Shown: positions 50,237 through 62,634, numbered from the whole stretch's first letter. The stretch is 63,871 nt of DNA, filler included, from Folioceros fuciformis (GCA_049999805.1; 4 parts of 3 records of this genome joined end to end with filler, not necessarily neighbours in it); one strand, 5' to 3'. Numbers and translations: made by a program. Notes: generated by a model from the sequence alone, not told the origin.

Positions 50237-53200
50237 CTCCCTCTCATACTAGTTGGGTTATCTAAATCAAAGAACTAATAATCACTTGTCGTTGGAGTAT
50301 TGTATAAGTACTACGGTCTTCAGTTAAACTCAACTCACCGATCATCACTGGTTGCAAGTAAGATTGAAGCAAGCGATCTACAATAGTTGTCAACTTCAAG
50401 TAACTGAACGTTCAACGATAAGATACAGCTCACCAACTGTGTGACTGGTCTAGCTGCAAAAAGCTGCTACAGTCAACCAATCCAAGCCCTTCTTTGTAGA
50501 AGCAGTGTTTGAACATCGGCAAGGATTTTGTCAGTATATCTGCTGTATTCTTGTTTGTGGGTACATCTTGTACCTTAACAATTCCTCTCTTAGTAGCATC
50601 ATGAATATAATGGTGTTCAAAAGTGAGCCTCATCAAAGGTGACAGTGCGAGCATATACAACAGCATGGGTATCCAAGTCAACCAGTTTATAAGCCTTACG
50701 GTCTTTGCCATAGCCAACAAATACTAGCTTGCAAGCACGAGCAGAAAGCTTGGCGTGAAGCTTAGAAGGAATATTAGCATAGTGGAGCAACCAAAAATCT
50801 GAAGATGAGTAATAGGAGGCTTATATCCATGCCAGGACTCAAAGGGTGTCTGACCGGAACTGACTTGGAAAGAACCCTATTGCGTAGATACGCCACAGTA
50901 TTAACCGCTTCGGCCTAGAAGGGTTTAGGGAGCTGAGCGCGGGCTAGCATGGCACGGACCATGGCATGCAGATCGCCATTGGCCTTTTCAGCAATCCCAT
51001 TCTACTGAGAAGTATAGGGTACTGTAAAATGACGGATAATCCCCCTCTCAAGACACAAATCCTTAAATTGCTGGTTATTTAATTCTCCTGCATTGTCAGA
51101 TCTAATGCACCAAAGCTTGTATCCGGTTTGCAGCTTAGCCATAGTGACAAAAGAAGTAAAGGAGCCGAAGGAATCACTCTTCAACTCGAGCGGTATAGCA
51201 AAGGTATAGCGACTATAGTCATCAACAATAGTTATAAAGTGCAATGCACCACCAAGTGAAGGAACTGGGAGTGGACCACAAAGATCAACATGGACCAACT
51301 CCAAGGGCTGAGTAGCCCGACGGGCAAGTAGAGTAGGATAGGGGAAGCTTCGTTGTTTAGCATATGTACAAGGTTCACATAACAGAAGAGTCTGTGAAAA
51401 GTGTGATAGCTTATCCCAAAATAAATCTTGCCTAAACATCTCTAAAAGCCTATGATGATTAATATGTCCAAGCCGAGAATGCCATAATAGGGAGTCACCT
51501 TTGCGAGAACTCCCTCTGTCGACCGTAGTGGCCATTGTAGGAGTTGGGGTCGAGGAAGCTATGATCACTGGTATGGCGGAGAAGACATAGAGGTCATGCC
51601 GCGAATGACCTCTAGCAACCACGTAACCAGGAGCAACAGATCTTGTGAGGAGACAATCGTCTTTGTCGAACTCTAGCCTGAAATTACTATCCTTCACCAA
51701 GTGTCAGACGGAGATAAGGTTCTTCGCCATTTGCGGGACATATAGCACATAACTTAAACGAAGGACAGAACCATCTTCAAGAGTAAAAGTAATAGTACCA
51801 GTACCCGCAATAGTAGGGCAGAAGTCGTCATCGAGAAGAACAAAACATTGATCTTTGGCAGGGAGATAATCAGAAAACATATGGTGATCGCAGCAGGTAT
51901 GTGCACAAGCAACTGAGTCTAATAGCCTAGAGGTCTTGTATTTGAAAGCTACCAAGCAGACTGTGAGAGCAATGTTAGCATGTTTTTGCTTAGAGGTCGA
52001 GACCATATTGGCAGACTTGGAAGGACATTAAGGCTCACCTGCTTTCTTCTTGCGGCAGCCAAGCTCCCAGTGGCTTGGAATCTAGCACCAGCTACAAGTA
52101 CCGGGCTTGCGGCTGGAACCACCAGGCTTGGAGAAGAAAGGGCCACGAGAAGGAGTCGGAGGAGGCACAGTGAAGAGCCGTCTCTCAGGTGGAGGAGGAC
52201 GACGTCGCGGGTGGGATTGGTGACGTTGACGGCCTTTGACAAACATAACTCTCTCACCACCATGCTTCTAAGTACCGGCATTGTATCTGGAAGCCTCCTC
52301 TTGAAGGAGTGCACCAGCTATTTCGGAAATGGAAATGTAGGGTGCTCGGCCAGCTTTGACCGTCTCATGAGCCTCTCTTATAGTGCCATTCTGAGAGGAC
52401 ACAAATGCTTGAAAGCTTGCGGGAAGGGAGGCCAACAGTTGGACATAAGCTTCGAATTCTGATAAGGGAGTGCCTAAAGCAGCAAGTTGTGCCCGAAGAT
52501 AACAAAACTTCCCGACATAAGTACCAATGCTCTCATTATTAAGCATGTGTAAGGAATAAAATTTGTTACGCACTATTACTAATGTCATAACATTGGTAGA
52601 TTAAAAACTATCTACTAGTTGCCGCCAAGCCTCTATAGTAGTAGTAACCCCATCAGTGTGATGCAGTGTGACTCTGTCAAGGCCTGAAATAAGAATGTGC
52701 ATAGCAAGCTTGTCTTGTTTTAACCAAGAGTCGAGGGCTGGCGAGGGCCCAATGGGCTTTAGAACAGTCCCATCAACTATGCCAAGGAAATCTCTAGTAT
52801 TTAAGACAGAACATATACGCTTCGACCATATTTCAAAGTTAGTGCTGTCAAAACGGTCCTTCTTCCTAAAGTCGGATGTCACAATCGAAGAGGTAGCCAT
52901 AGTTTGATAGAGACAAGCAATTGAAATAGATAGATATATGAGAAAATTGGAAACTCCAAGTTATGACAAGAAACAAAGAAATCTTCAAATATATATATAT
53001 CTATGCAAGAATATAATAAAATCAAATGTTTTGTTGATAAAGGTCCAAAAGGCCTATGGGAGTTATAAAAGATCAAACAACCCAGTTTACGATGTCTTGG
53101 TCACTTGGAGCATAAACAATGGCACGTTGCTGAATAGCTTGAGCAGTTGATTTCACCGACTTAGAGAGCTGGTGAAGATGATCCCAAAGATGATGACACT

Positions 53201-54905
53201 CTAGCTAGAAGAGCTCTTGAGCAGTAGCGCCAGCTTGCTCGTAAAAATAACACTGAGGAGCAAAGTCTTCAGGTTCAAGGCATGGTGATAAGGGTTGCTT
53301 ACAAAGGGGCGACGTGCTCCAAAGAGTTGCAGGCGAAGACTATAAAGGTAGGCCAGGAGATCTAGAGGAATATGCCAGGTGAGCCCCACCAGATACCCTA
53401 AGAGCCAATCCTGTATGCACATCAAAAATGCTTTGAAACGGTGGCGTTTCAAAACTCGCCCATTCGTAAGACATCGCCATTTTGCAAACGGGTGCTGAAA
53501 AATAAGTTTTAGGGCCCCGTTCACGAATGGGTGCCAAAAAAAAGGTTTTTAGGGCACCCTTCAAAATCGGGTGCCACCAAGGAGGAGGCGCCCGCTAGTG
53601 AGATGCACGCACAACCGCTCAAATCCCCCTGATGATGATGACCCCCTCCGATCTCGAGCTGTACTGATCCGATTGCTGCCGCGACAGTTGCAACTGGGGC
53701 ATCGGAGGAGGGCGCCTCTGTTGCCCAAGAATTTGCAAAGACTAAACCGATGGTAGAAACTGAATTGGCTTGGAGATTGGGAAGGGTGGCAGCCTCCAAT
53801 TGAGTCGATTTGTAGATTGGAGCAACTGAACTTGCTGGAATTTGATCGCCAGAGTAGGCTGCACATTGTGGAACATTGTTGCTGCAAAATTGTGGAAATT
53901 CCATGCAGAGATTTGAAATAGAATGGTTGTTGGAATCTGGTTGTGAACTCTTGTGAATCTCATCTATTGTATTCCCTGGTTGTGGCATATTTGAAGAAAC
54001 ATCGGCAATCAATGGAGCATGAGCACTGGGCGCTAAGGCTGGTGTGATTTCTTGAGACAAACCATGCTGATTTGTTCTGAATTGAGAAAGGAAATATGCA
54101 GTAGCTGTAATTTCCGCTTGTAGTTGTTGGTAGGAGGTTGCATGGTTTGCTTGCACTTTGTGAGAGACTTGTTGAATATTTGCTGAGGGTGTTGTTGTCC
54201 GTCCATCAGCGTAATAAAAGTTCTTAACAGTGGTAGTAGGATGATGCTAACCTGATTGTTTAGGACGATGTGACGAAGAATTACTTGCAACTAGTGTGCT
54301 TGGAGAATAAAAAGGTGAATCTATCTCCTTGTTGTCTGAAGGATAGGAGGTGAACTTAATATACTCATCACTCAAAGTATCTCCACAACATCGAAGCAGA
54401 TCGGGATCATCAGTGGTAGACCAAGGCTTTGTTGTTGTTTGTTTGTTGAACGCTCTTGATGTTGTTGAGGACAACAAATTGTTTTCTAGGAAAAAGGTGG
54501 ATAGCAAGTAGGCTATCTTACTCCTTAAGTTATGGAGAAGAGAAGAATTCAAACGACTATGTTTATAAGGTCGACGAGGATGCACAATTCTTTTATTTTT
54601 CCTCTCTAATTCTTTAGCTCTCTTAGCACGAAAATTCTTGTGGTTGTTTCTTCTTGCCATGTTGTATCTTTATATGAAATAATAAAGGAAAAATGTCTTT
54701 TAATGAATATAAATCATAAAAGAATCCAAACTATTTTATTAGTTGGTTATGTTTGGTTGAATATAAGAGAAACTATGAACAAGTATGAAATAGCTTCTTA
54801 TTATAAGTACCAAAAGCATTGGAAAGATGTTGCACATTAGTATAACATCTAAAATAACACCATGATGCATGATGAACTTAGTAATTAAACTATGCTCTGA
54901 TACGA

Positions 54906-55097
54906 AGTTTGAGGTGCTTTGCGGAAGTTTTTGATCAAAGTTTAGTGCTTTACTAATTGATACAACTGATTACAAGAGGTGGGCTTTTATAGCTTGTGTA
55001 TGAAGAGTTGTACCTCTTCGATACAAGATACCAAAGGGTATGACAACTCTAGGTTAAGCTAAGCTAACCATAACCAACGCGATATGTACTTTTAAAT
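54906..55097 (-). repeat. 5' LTR (192 bp)
   Basis: Directly abuts the PBS; flanked by TSD TTCTT at 55098-55102. Confidence 0.93.
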
Positions 55098-58000
55098 TTC
55101 TTGGTTGTACCACACCCAAGGATTCCGCAATTGACAGTCCTCTCCGAAGATGATTTTGTGTGCTATGTGCTCTTGGGACCTCCACAATGCTTGCCACCAC
55201 TCCTTGTCCTTCTTGCTTAGGTATTTACCCAATGGTAAGGACTTTCGAATTTGCACTAAACTGTGAACTGGATTTACAACATCTTGCTTACCGTGAATCT
55301 GAAGCGAATATAGCGGCGCTCCCACGATTGGAGTTGCCTATATTCAACGTAGAAACTTACGTCACTCAAGAGGTTCCCATTATTGAGACGTGGAAACATG
55401 CTTCTTATGTAAAAACTATGACAAGTGTTCCGTGCCGCTGCTTCTCTCTTGTAATTTTGAACTAATGTTGCTAGTTGTGATTATGTAGCTTGTCCACTAC
55501 TACATCTTGGCGACCACATTTGCCCATCCCATTTGACCAAACATATCATCTAAAATCCGCAACTTTAGTCACAATTTTCACATCATGAATGGGCATGTAC
55601 ACCTGACTTATTAGCTTCAACATAGTGTCTAATGAAAGAGCCTTCCTTGTGCTTTACGACCTTGAAAACACAAGAGAACATTTGATCAACAACATCATGT
55701 GTAGGTCTGGCAAGAAGAAATCCAATCTTCACCCTATGGAATATAGGTTTCTCAACTAGCATACACAAATATGCAAACAATAGCATGTTCTTGTTCTCGC
55801 GAGCAGTGTTGCCTAGTTTTAGGTAAAAAGTCTTTGGCATAACACTCTCGTAAGTAGAAATCACATCTTGAATGATGTGGATTGTCAAGTTTGCATCATT
55901 TTGAATATCATAAAAGTTCAAATATACATTTGTATGCATTCCTCTATTATATTCGAGACAACCTATCACGTGGATGCAGATTAGTCTCTATGCAAAATCC
56001 TTCTGTGGCCTCGTAAACTGTGGTAGTTTAGTCTTACTTTGGTCCTTGCCATCACTTGCAATCCCGGGGTACTAGCTGAGTCAGCCTTGATATTTTAGTT
56101 GATGCTTCCCAAGTTTTGCATGCTCTTTTTTAATCTGTTCCCGATTAGCCCGAAGCTTTCCCTCAAGAACCTCTGACGACCGACAATTTGCAGCATCACC
56201 ATTAACACTACAGCTTCATCCATGACGACAAAAACCATCAGGCAAAACATTGAGCGTAGAAATCTATTTGCAAAACATCGAACTGGAGCACGTCACTAAA
56301 AGAGGGTGAGCACGTCACTAAAAGAGGGTGCCTGTGCTATCATATGATATGATAATAGGGGGTGGGGTGTGGATGCCCGTACTATCATGTGATTATGATA
56401 GTATAGGGTGGAGTGTGGGCGTTGAGTGGCACCTACATGTGACCCTATGCCATAAGAGACCATGAGTTAAGCTTATGAGTGGTCTTGGGGTGTGTAATAT
56501 TGTTGGCATTTCAAGAGAGCTTACACCAACCAACACATATTTTGGAAGTTGATTTTGTGTTTTAGCACATATAACCTTTAGGTAGGAAAATACAGTGCAC
56601 ACCATTACGAGGGATTCTAGTCAAGCGAAGGACGGTTCCTACCCCACCCGCCTACTTGCAATGAGAGCCCCTCACCACACCTCCCTCAAACGGGAGACAA
56701 TTCAAAAGAGTGCCAATCTAGAATAGGGCATACAGTTCATCCTCATAGTATGGAAAAGTATCCATTTTCTCTAGATGGGTCATTTTGCTCCCTAAAATAA
56801 AGTCTTTACCTTTTGACTTGACCCCATGACTTCTTCTTTATAGCCATAACACAATGTTTACATCCTTTCGACACGACGTTGAACATGAAAATGAAGCCAA
56901 GAAGAGTTCTAGCTACCTATTGGTTGCTTTCCAAGAAGAGTCCTAGCTACCTATTGGTTGCTTGCCAAGAAGAGTCCCAGCTACCTACTTGTTGCCTAAA
57001 ACCAGCTCTCGTCCTGCGTTTATATCCTTGTGAGATGTTGGAAGACATGAAAATGTCTATCTACGCGTCTCCAAAGGTGCTTCAACTCTCATTCTACTAT
57101 TGCATCCTATGAAGACATTAGTAGACATAAAAGTGTGTATCCACACGCCTCAAAATATTCGTTTTATGAGTTGGTGGTTTGTTTGGTTAGATTGTTTCGA
57201 TCGAGACCCAAACAAGTGTTAGGTCCCATTAGGTTGCATCTACAAGAAACTGAAGTTTATCTATTAGTAGTCAGGTGGAAGTTAGCAATGAGATTCCAAC
57301 CCATGCTCTTTTGAAGGTAGTTGAATCTAGTGTCTACCAATCAATCAATCAATTTTATTTATGTTCACTAAGGATGGAAAAATCAACATAGAAAAAAATC
57401 GTACACAGTAAAAATAAGGATCATTACTTATCATTGCATTGTAGACATGGTATGAAATGGATTTATTCATTGCATTACATACTGAAATCAAATGATTTAC
57501 GTAAAAGACAAGTTTATAAAGAATCCAATTGAGATTGTCGCCCAACTTTGCCACAAGGAAAAATAAAAAATATTCAATGCTGAAAATATTTTTTTTATCA
57601 ATAATATTTTATTTTGTGATAATTAATTAAGCAGACCTTCAAATGGTAGAACCTAAAAGCATTCCAAACGAAAAAGGTTTCCAACAAAAGGAAAAGGAGA
57701 GCGTACTTCGGCGTTGCCGTTGGACCAGACAGTTGAATGGAAAGGCTCAAATGATCAGGTGGTTGTGACTGTCCGAGTCGCGTGGTGGAGGGAGCATGTC
57801 ATTTGCTCCGGCGAGCCCTGGTGGACGTCTACGGAAACGGGAAGGTTCTGGGCAGCGTCAAGCCTCCCACAGCAATGACAGGGCCCGCTCGGCAGTCCAC
57901 ACGCCGCACATAATCCCTCAACCCTGGAGCCTGCCGGCCCTGTTTCCGCACCAGATGAAAGTGATCGTGGCCAACAGGGGATTGCCTACTCCGAGCCTGA

Positions 58001-59227
58001 TAGGACGGCCCGTTGCCATGGCGCAACGCATTTCCTGCCACCCTCCTTCCTTGCTTCGTCGTTGCTACAGCTGCTGCCTGCCAACTCCTTTCTGCAGTCT
58101 GCTAAAAGCCACAGAGAGTTCGAGGCAAGCAACCTCTGCATCAGGAAAGCAAGATACGAGCTCCGCACGGGCCGGGGTAAGGCACATGTACTGTACGTTG
58201 ATGTGCGGGTGCTGCAACGGACGGGTGGCTTGTAGAGCAGGGGTCCCGCGGGCTATACGGTTTGCGCTCTCACAGTTTCTCCGCCGGTCAGCCCTTTTCT
58301 GTTTGCCTGGTGTGAGTGGCCGGTTTTTCACATGACTCGAAAGGCGAGTCAAAATCCGTGCACCGCGTTTCGCTGTTCCAAAAGCTGGGCCGATGTGTTG
58401 CAAGCTGTGATCATCCTCTTACCCGCTGTAAGCAGTGCCGTGGTGTTGCTAATCCGCAAATTATGTATGTAGGTGGGGGCGTGGCTGGGAATCGCCAACA
58501 GCGATGGCAGCACATCGGATCTCAGCTGCCAGTTGAAACCGTTTGACTTCCTCGGAGACGGTAAGTACACGCACATGTACTGTTCAACAACAGGTACTCC
58601 CAGACTTTGCAAGACTGTTGAATGATCATCAAGCTGAGCCAACAGCGTAACAGTTTCATAACCGAGCTGCAACATCAACACCTCTGCCACTTACTCACAT
58701 GTGTGCTCGCCCGTGCTGGGGAGCCGCAAAGCCGCTAAGTGCATCATGGGATCCTGTCACCCATCGGACACTATCCGTAGCCGCCAATCCCGGTCTGTAA
58801 TCACACCTGCAGGCGTGCCTGCAACTGATACATCATTGGAGGACTTGGATCAGGCGAGGCGACAGAACCCAAGTCAGGCCAGTAGAGTAGAAGAGTGAAA
58901 GTGAAGGACACGCTAGAGAAGAAACAAACTGGTAAGCAGCGCGCAAACGAACGACGGAGGTTAGTCCTCCAGGCTTTTGTGGCTTGTTCCCGTAGGTTCG
59001 AGGTAGATGGGATTTTTCATCTCTGTTGAAGTAGCCGTACCAAAAGCAAAAAGACAGACGAATCAGGTTGGCTACATGAGATTGCCACATTTGGCACTCT
59101 GCAATGACATATCACCCACCACATTTTACACCGTCAGCACAACAAATTGATGGGTAGTCGACGAGGTGGTTGTTACTCAACAAACCGTTCTTGAAGGAAG
59201 CATTGTAACTCAGGACAGCCATCGAAC

Positions 59228-62200
59228 CTACGGATGCCGAGGCACCAGCCAGTCATCAGGATGCGCTTCTCTGAACATGCTTGCGCAAAAGGCGGACCCA
59301 GTCGTTACTAAAGACTTCACACGAGAAATGTCCTGCTCCTTCATTTTGCAAAAGACCTTTCTCCGCCTTGGTTCACTGTTAGGAAACTCTTCATAACCAA
59401 CCAAAAAGCTATGCACAAGGCCGTCCTCATCCGTCCACCAGGTCTGTCCCGGTTCCTTCCTTGCTTTCATGCTTCGCCTCTTAGCTTGCATTTTCTGTGC
59501 TTGCTCCCACAGTTTAGCGCCTTTGTATATGCTCCACATCAACACATATGAGGAGGCGTCTTTCTTGTCTAGCTTCAATGCTTCATTGAAAGCATGGCGT
59601 CCAACCTCCACATTGCTCCATTTCCGACAGGCATTCAACAAAGTGTGCCAAACCGCAGCGTTAGGCAGCATGGGCATTGCCTTTACCACAGCTAGTGCCT
59701 CATCCAGTTCGCCTGCACGGCCAAGGAGGTCCACCATACAAGTGTAGTGCTCCACCGCAGGGGTGATGCCGAAGCATGTGCTCATATCCTCGAAATACTG
59801 TCTTCCCTCGTCTACTAGACCAGCATGACTGCACGCGGTTAGTACACTAAGAAATGTGATGCCAACTGGCTGGATGCCATCCTCTCTCATTCTCTGGACC
59901 AAGCCGAGGACCACTTCAATCGGTCCTTGACAAGCGTAGCCTGCTATCAATGCACTCCAGGCAACAACGTCACGTGCAGGTAATGCATCAAACACCTGCT
60001 GTGCATAAACCATGCTCCCAGACTTTCCATACATGTTTATCAAACTGACAGCTACACAAACATCGGCCTGGAGCCCCTGCTCTTCAAGCTGTGCATGTAG
60101 CTCCCTTCCCAGATGCAAAGCTGCTACATTGGCACATGACTGCAGCAGGCAAATAAATGTCACGGAGTCAGGTGTACAACTGCTGTCTGCTTTCATAGCA
60201 CTGTACAGGCGAAGGGCCTTGTGGCTCATGCCCTGCTGGGAATACCCTGTTATCATGGCATTCCACGTCACCACATTCTTTTGAGCAAGTCTGTCAAACA
60301 ATCGCTCAGCATCCTCTAGGCTCCCGCACTTTACGTACATGTTAACCAAACTGTTGGCAACAAAGATATCAACCTGATGCCCTTGCTCCTTAATTTGAGC
60401 ATGAAGCTGCTTTCCCATCTCCAAAGCTGAAGTGCCAACATTTGCACATGCCTGCAGAAGGCACACAAATGTCACAGAATCGGGCACAGTAATACCTTCA
60501 TCTTGCATTATGCTGTAGAGGTCAAGAGCCTTGTGGCCTATTCCCTGCTGGGAATACCCTGCAATTAGAGCAGTCCATGTGACGACATCTTTTTGACCAA
60601 GTCCGTCAAACATTCTTTGTGCATCTTCCAGTCCGCCACACTTTGCGTACATGTTAACTAAACTGTTGGCTACAAATACATCGGCTTCTAGTCCTCGTCC
60701 TGCAATATCTGCATGAAGATGCTTCCCCTTCTCCAAGCCTGCAGTGCCAACACTTGCACATGCCTGCAGGAGGCACACAAACGTCACAGAATCTGGTACA
60801 CACATACCTTCCTCTTCCATAGCACCGTAGAGACAAAGGGCTTCCTGTCCCATACCCAGCTGGGAATACCGTGCTATCATAGCTGTCCACGTCACAACGT
60901 CTTTATGTCGAAGTCCGCCAAACACTTTTTGGGCATCTTCCAAACTGCCACACTTGGCATACATGTTCACCAAACTGCTGCCTATGAAGACATCTTCCTC
61001 GTGTCCTTGTTCTCTGATTCGTGTATGGAGTTGCTGTCCTATGTCTAAAGCTGACGGGCCAACACTTGAACATGCCTGCAGGAGGCACACAAATGTTACG
61101 GAATCAGGTGTAGCAATGCCTTCTTCTTGCATAGCAGAGTAGAGACGAAGGGCTTCCCGACCCCTGCTCTGATTGGCATACCCTGCTATCATGGCATTCC
61201 ACGTGATCACATCTTTTTGACCAATACCATCAAACATTCTCTGAGCCTCCTCTATGCTGCCACACTTTGCATACATGTTTACCAGACTGCTTGCTACAAA
61301 GGCATCCGCTTCATGTCCTCCTTTTCTGATTTGCGCGTGGAGCTGCTTGCCTGTCTCCAAAGCCGGGTTGCCCACACTTGCACATGCCCGCAGGAGGCAG
61401 ACGAATGTCACGGCATTGGGCACTGAAATGTCTTCTTCTTGCATGACACTGAAGAGCCGAAGAGCTTCTTGGCCCATGCCTTTCTGGGAGTAACCTGCAA
61501 GGAGAGCAGTCCACGTCACGACATCTTTCTGAACAAGTTCATTGAACACTCGTTGCGCAGCTTCCAAGCTCCCACACTTCGCATACATGTCCACCAAGCA
61601 ACTGGACACGAAAAAATCAAAACGAACGTCACTAGCCAAAACATCAGCATGCACCTGCTGCCCACTTTCCAAGTCTGATCCTCTGGCACAGGCCTGAAGG
61701 GCTGCCACAAACACATGGCCATCTGGCTTCACGCTGGACCTGCGCATCCGCTGATACAGCTGTATGGCCTGCTTGACTTGCCCATGTTTGACATGCGCAG
61801 AAATCAGGGACGACCACATGAAAGCGTCTGGTTTGGCAACCCCGGAGAACACATCCATCGCGTATTGCAACTTGCCATGAGAGGCGTACATTCGCAGAAC
61901 GTGGTTGCACAAGAATGTGTCAGACTGATGCCCTTGTTTCACCGTGAAAGCATGGATTCGCAGGCCTAGAACAAGATCCTTGGTCATCACACACTTCTTC
62001 AGCACAGCATAAAACAGAGATCTGGGGACACAATAGTCTGTTTGCACTAAAATCCCCAAAGCCTCAACAGCCTCAGCGAGATTGCCATAATCACATAATT
62101 TGCTCACTGTCTCTGACGTTACACCCACATAGTTTAGTGCAGGGCTGCGAGCATTGAATTGATCCCGCAAGCTCCTATGGAAGTTTGAGGCACAGGGTCC

Positions 62201-62329
62201 CATCTGCACATCCATATAAGCTCCTTGTCTTGTCTGATATCCCACCCATTTGTAGGACCCCGTGAAAACTGTCGCGTCAAGTAGGTCTTTAGAACGCCTC
62301 CGCTGGAGAATCCGTCGCAAGCCAGGCAT
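59228..62329 (-). CDS. PLS-class pentatricopeptide repeat protein with E domains and a truncated DYW region (organellar RNA-editing factor type)
   Basis: Intronless 1033-aa ORF with repeated P-L-S triplets (DVVTWTALIAGY / PDSVTFVCLLQAC / DVFVANSLVNMYAKCG). E motifs EHYTCMVDLLGRAG and VWHTLLNAC; PG box KEPGQTWWTDEDGLVHSFLVG. No HxE/CxxC deaminase motif. Confidence 0.95.
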   Translation of the reverse strand: MPGLRRILQRRRSKDLLDATVFTGSYKWVGYQTRQGAYMDVQMGPCASNFHRSLRDQFNARSPALNYVGVTSETVSKLCDYGNLAEAVEALGILVQTDYCVPRSLFYAVLKKCVMTKDLVLGLRIHAFTVKQGHQSDTFLCNHVLRMYASHGKLQYAMDVFSGVAKPDAFMWSSLISAHVKHGQVKQAIQLYQRMRRSSVKPDGHVFVAALQACARGSDLESGQQVHADVLASDVRFDFFVSSCLVDMYAKCGSLEAAQRVFNELVQKDVVTWTALLAGYSQKGMGQEALRLFSVMQEEDISVPNAVTFVCLLRACASVGNPALETGKQLHAQIRKGGHEADAFVASSLVNMYAKCGSIEEAQRMFDGIGQKDVITWNAMIAGYANQSRGREALRLYSAMQEEGIATPDSVTFVCLLQACSSVGPSALDIGQQLHTRIREQGHEEDVFIGSSLVNMYAKCGSLEDAQKVFGGLRHKDVVTWTAMIARYSQLGMGQEALCLYGAMEEEGMCVPDSVTFVCLLQACASVGTAGLEKGKHLHADIAGRGLEADVFVANSLVNMYAKCGGLEDAQRMFDGLGQKDVVTWTALIAGYSQQGIGHKALDLYSIMQDEGITVPDSVTFVCLLQACANVGTSALEMGKQLHAQIKEQGHQVDIFVANSLVNMYVKCGSLEDAERLFDRLAQKNVVTWNAMITGYSQQGMSHKALRLYSAMKADSSCTPDSVTFICLLQSCANVAALHLGRELHAQLEEQGLQADVCVAVSLINMYGKSGSMVYAQQVFDALPARDVVAWSALIAGYACQGPIEVVLGLVQRMREDGIQPVGITFLSVLTACSHAGLVDEGRQYFEDMSTCFGITPAVEHYTCMVDLLGRAGELDEALAVVKAMPMLPNAAVWHTLLNACRKWSNVEVGRHAFNEALKLDKKDASSYVLMWSIYKGAKLWEQAQKMQAKRRSMKARKEPGQTWWTDEDGLVHSFLVGYEEFPNSEPRRRKVFCKMKEQDISRVKSLVTTGSAFCASMFREAHPDDWLVPRHP

Positions 62330-62534
62330 GCTCCTGGGCGGCGGGCTGGTGTTTTCGTAAAGATGGAGAACCAGGTTATCAGGCTGTTTAGGTGAGCGGG
62401 AGCTCCCACTGGACTACCTGCACACAAACTCCAAACAGCCATGGCTCTTTGCTAACACCTTGCTGCAAAGAGCAACACCTGATTTGTATGATGAAAAAAG
62501 TGGAGCCCGAACACACTGTGCGACACCTACTTCC

Positions 62535-62634
62535 NNNNNNNNNNNNNNNNNNNNNNNNNNNNNNNNNNNNNNNNNNNNTTAATTAATTAANNNNNNNNNN
62601 NNNNNNNNNNNNNNNNNNNNNNNNNNNNNNNNNN
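62535..62634. other. Assembly linker N44-TTAATTAATTAA-N44
   Basis: Same construct as 21332-21431. Confidence 0.97.

Larger units (their letters stand above)
50046..55097 (-). mobile_element. Ty1/copia LTR retrotransposon, non-autonomous (RT deleted), 5-bp TSD TTCTT
   Basis: LTRs at 50046-50236 and 54906-55097; PBS TCGTATCAGAGC (tRNA-iMet type, 1 mismatch); PPT GAGAGGGAG. Domains: gag 52900-52268, protease LLDS, integrase WHSRLGH..CEPC/VHVDLCGP/IRSDNAGE, RNase H tail ADILTKSL. Confidence 0.93.
49517..56100 (-). mobile_element. Decayed Sola-like transposase gene, copy 2, interrupted by a copia element
   Basis: 55583-55969 FYLKLGNTARENKN...KIGFLLARPTHDVVDQMFS; 55100-55325 WWQALW...PWVWYNQE; 49517-50022 GNMITVPCKGDDRNRPF and ILAYGFSLT. 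All are collinear with copy 1. Confidence 0.75.
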
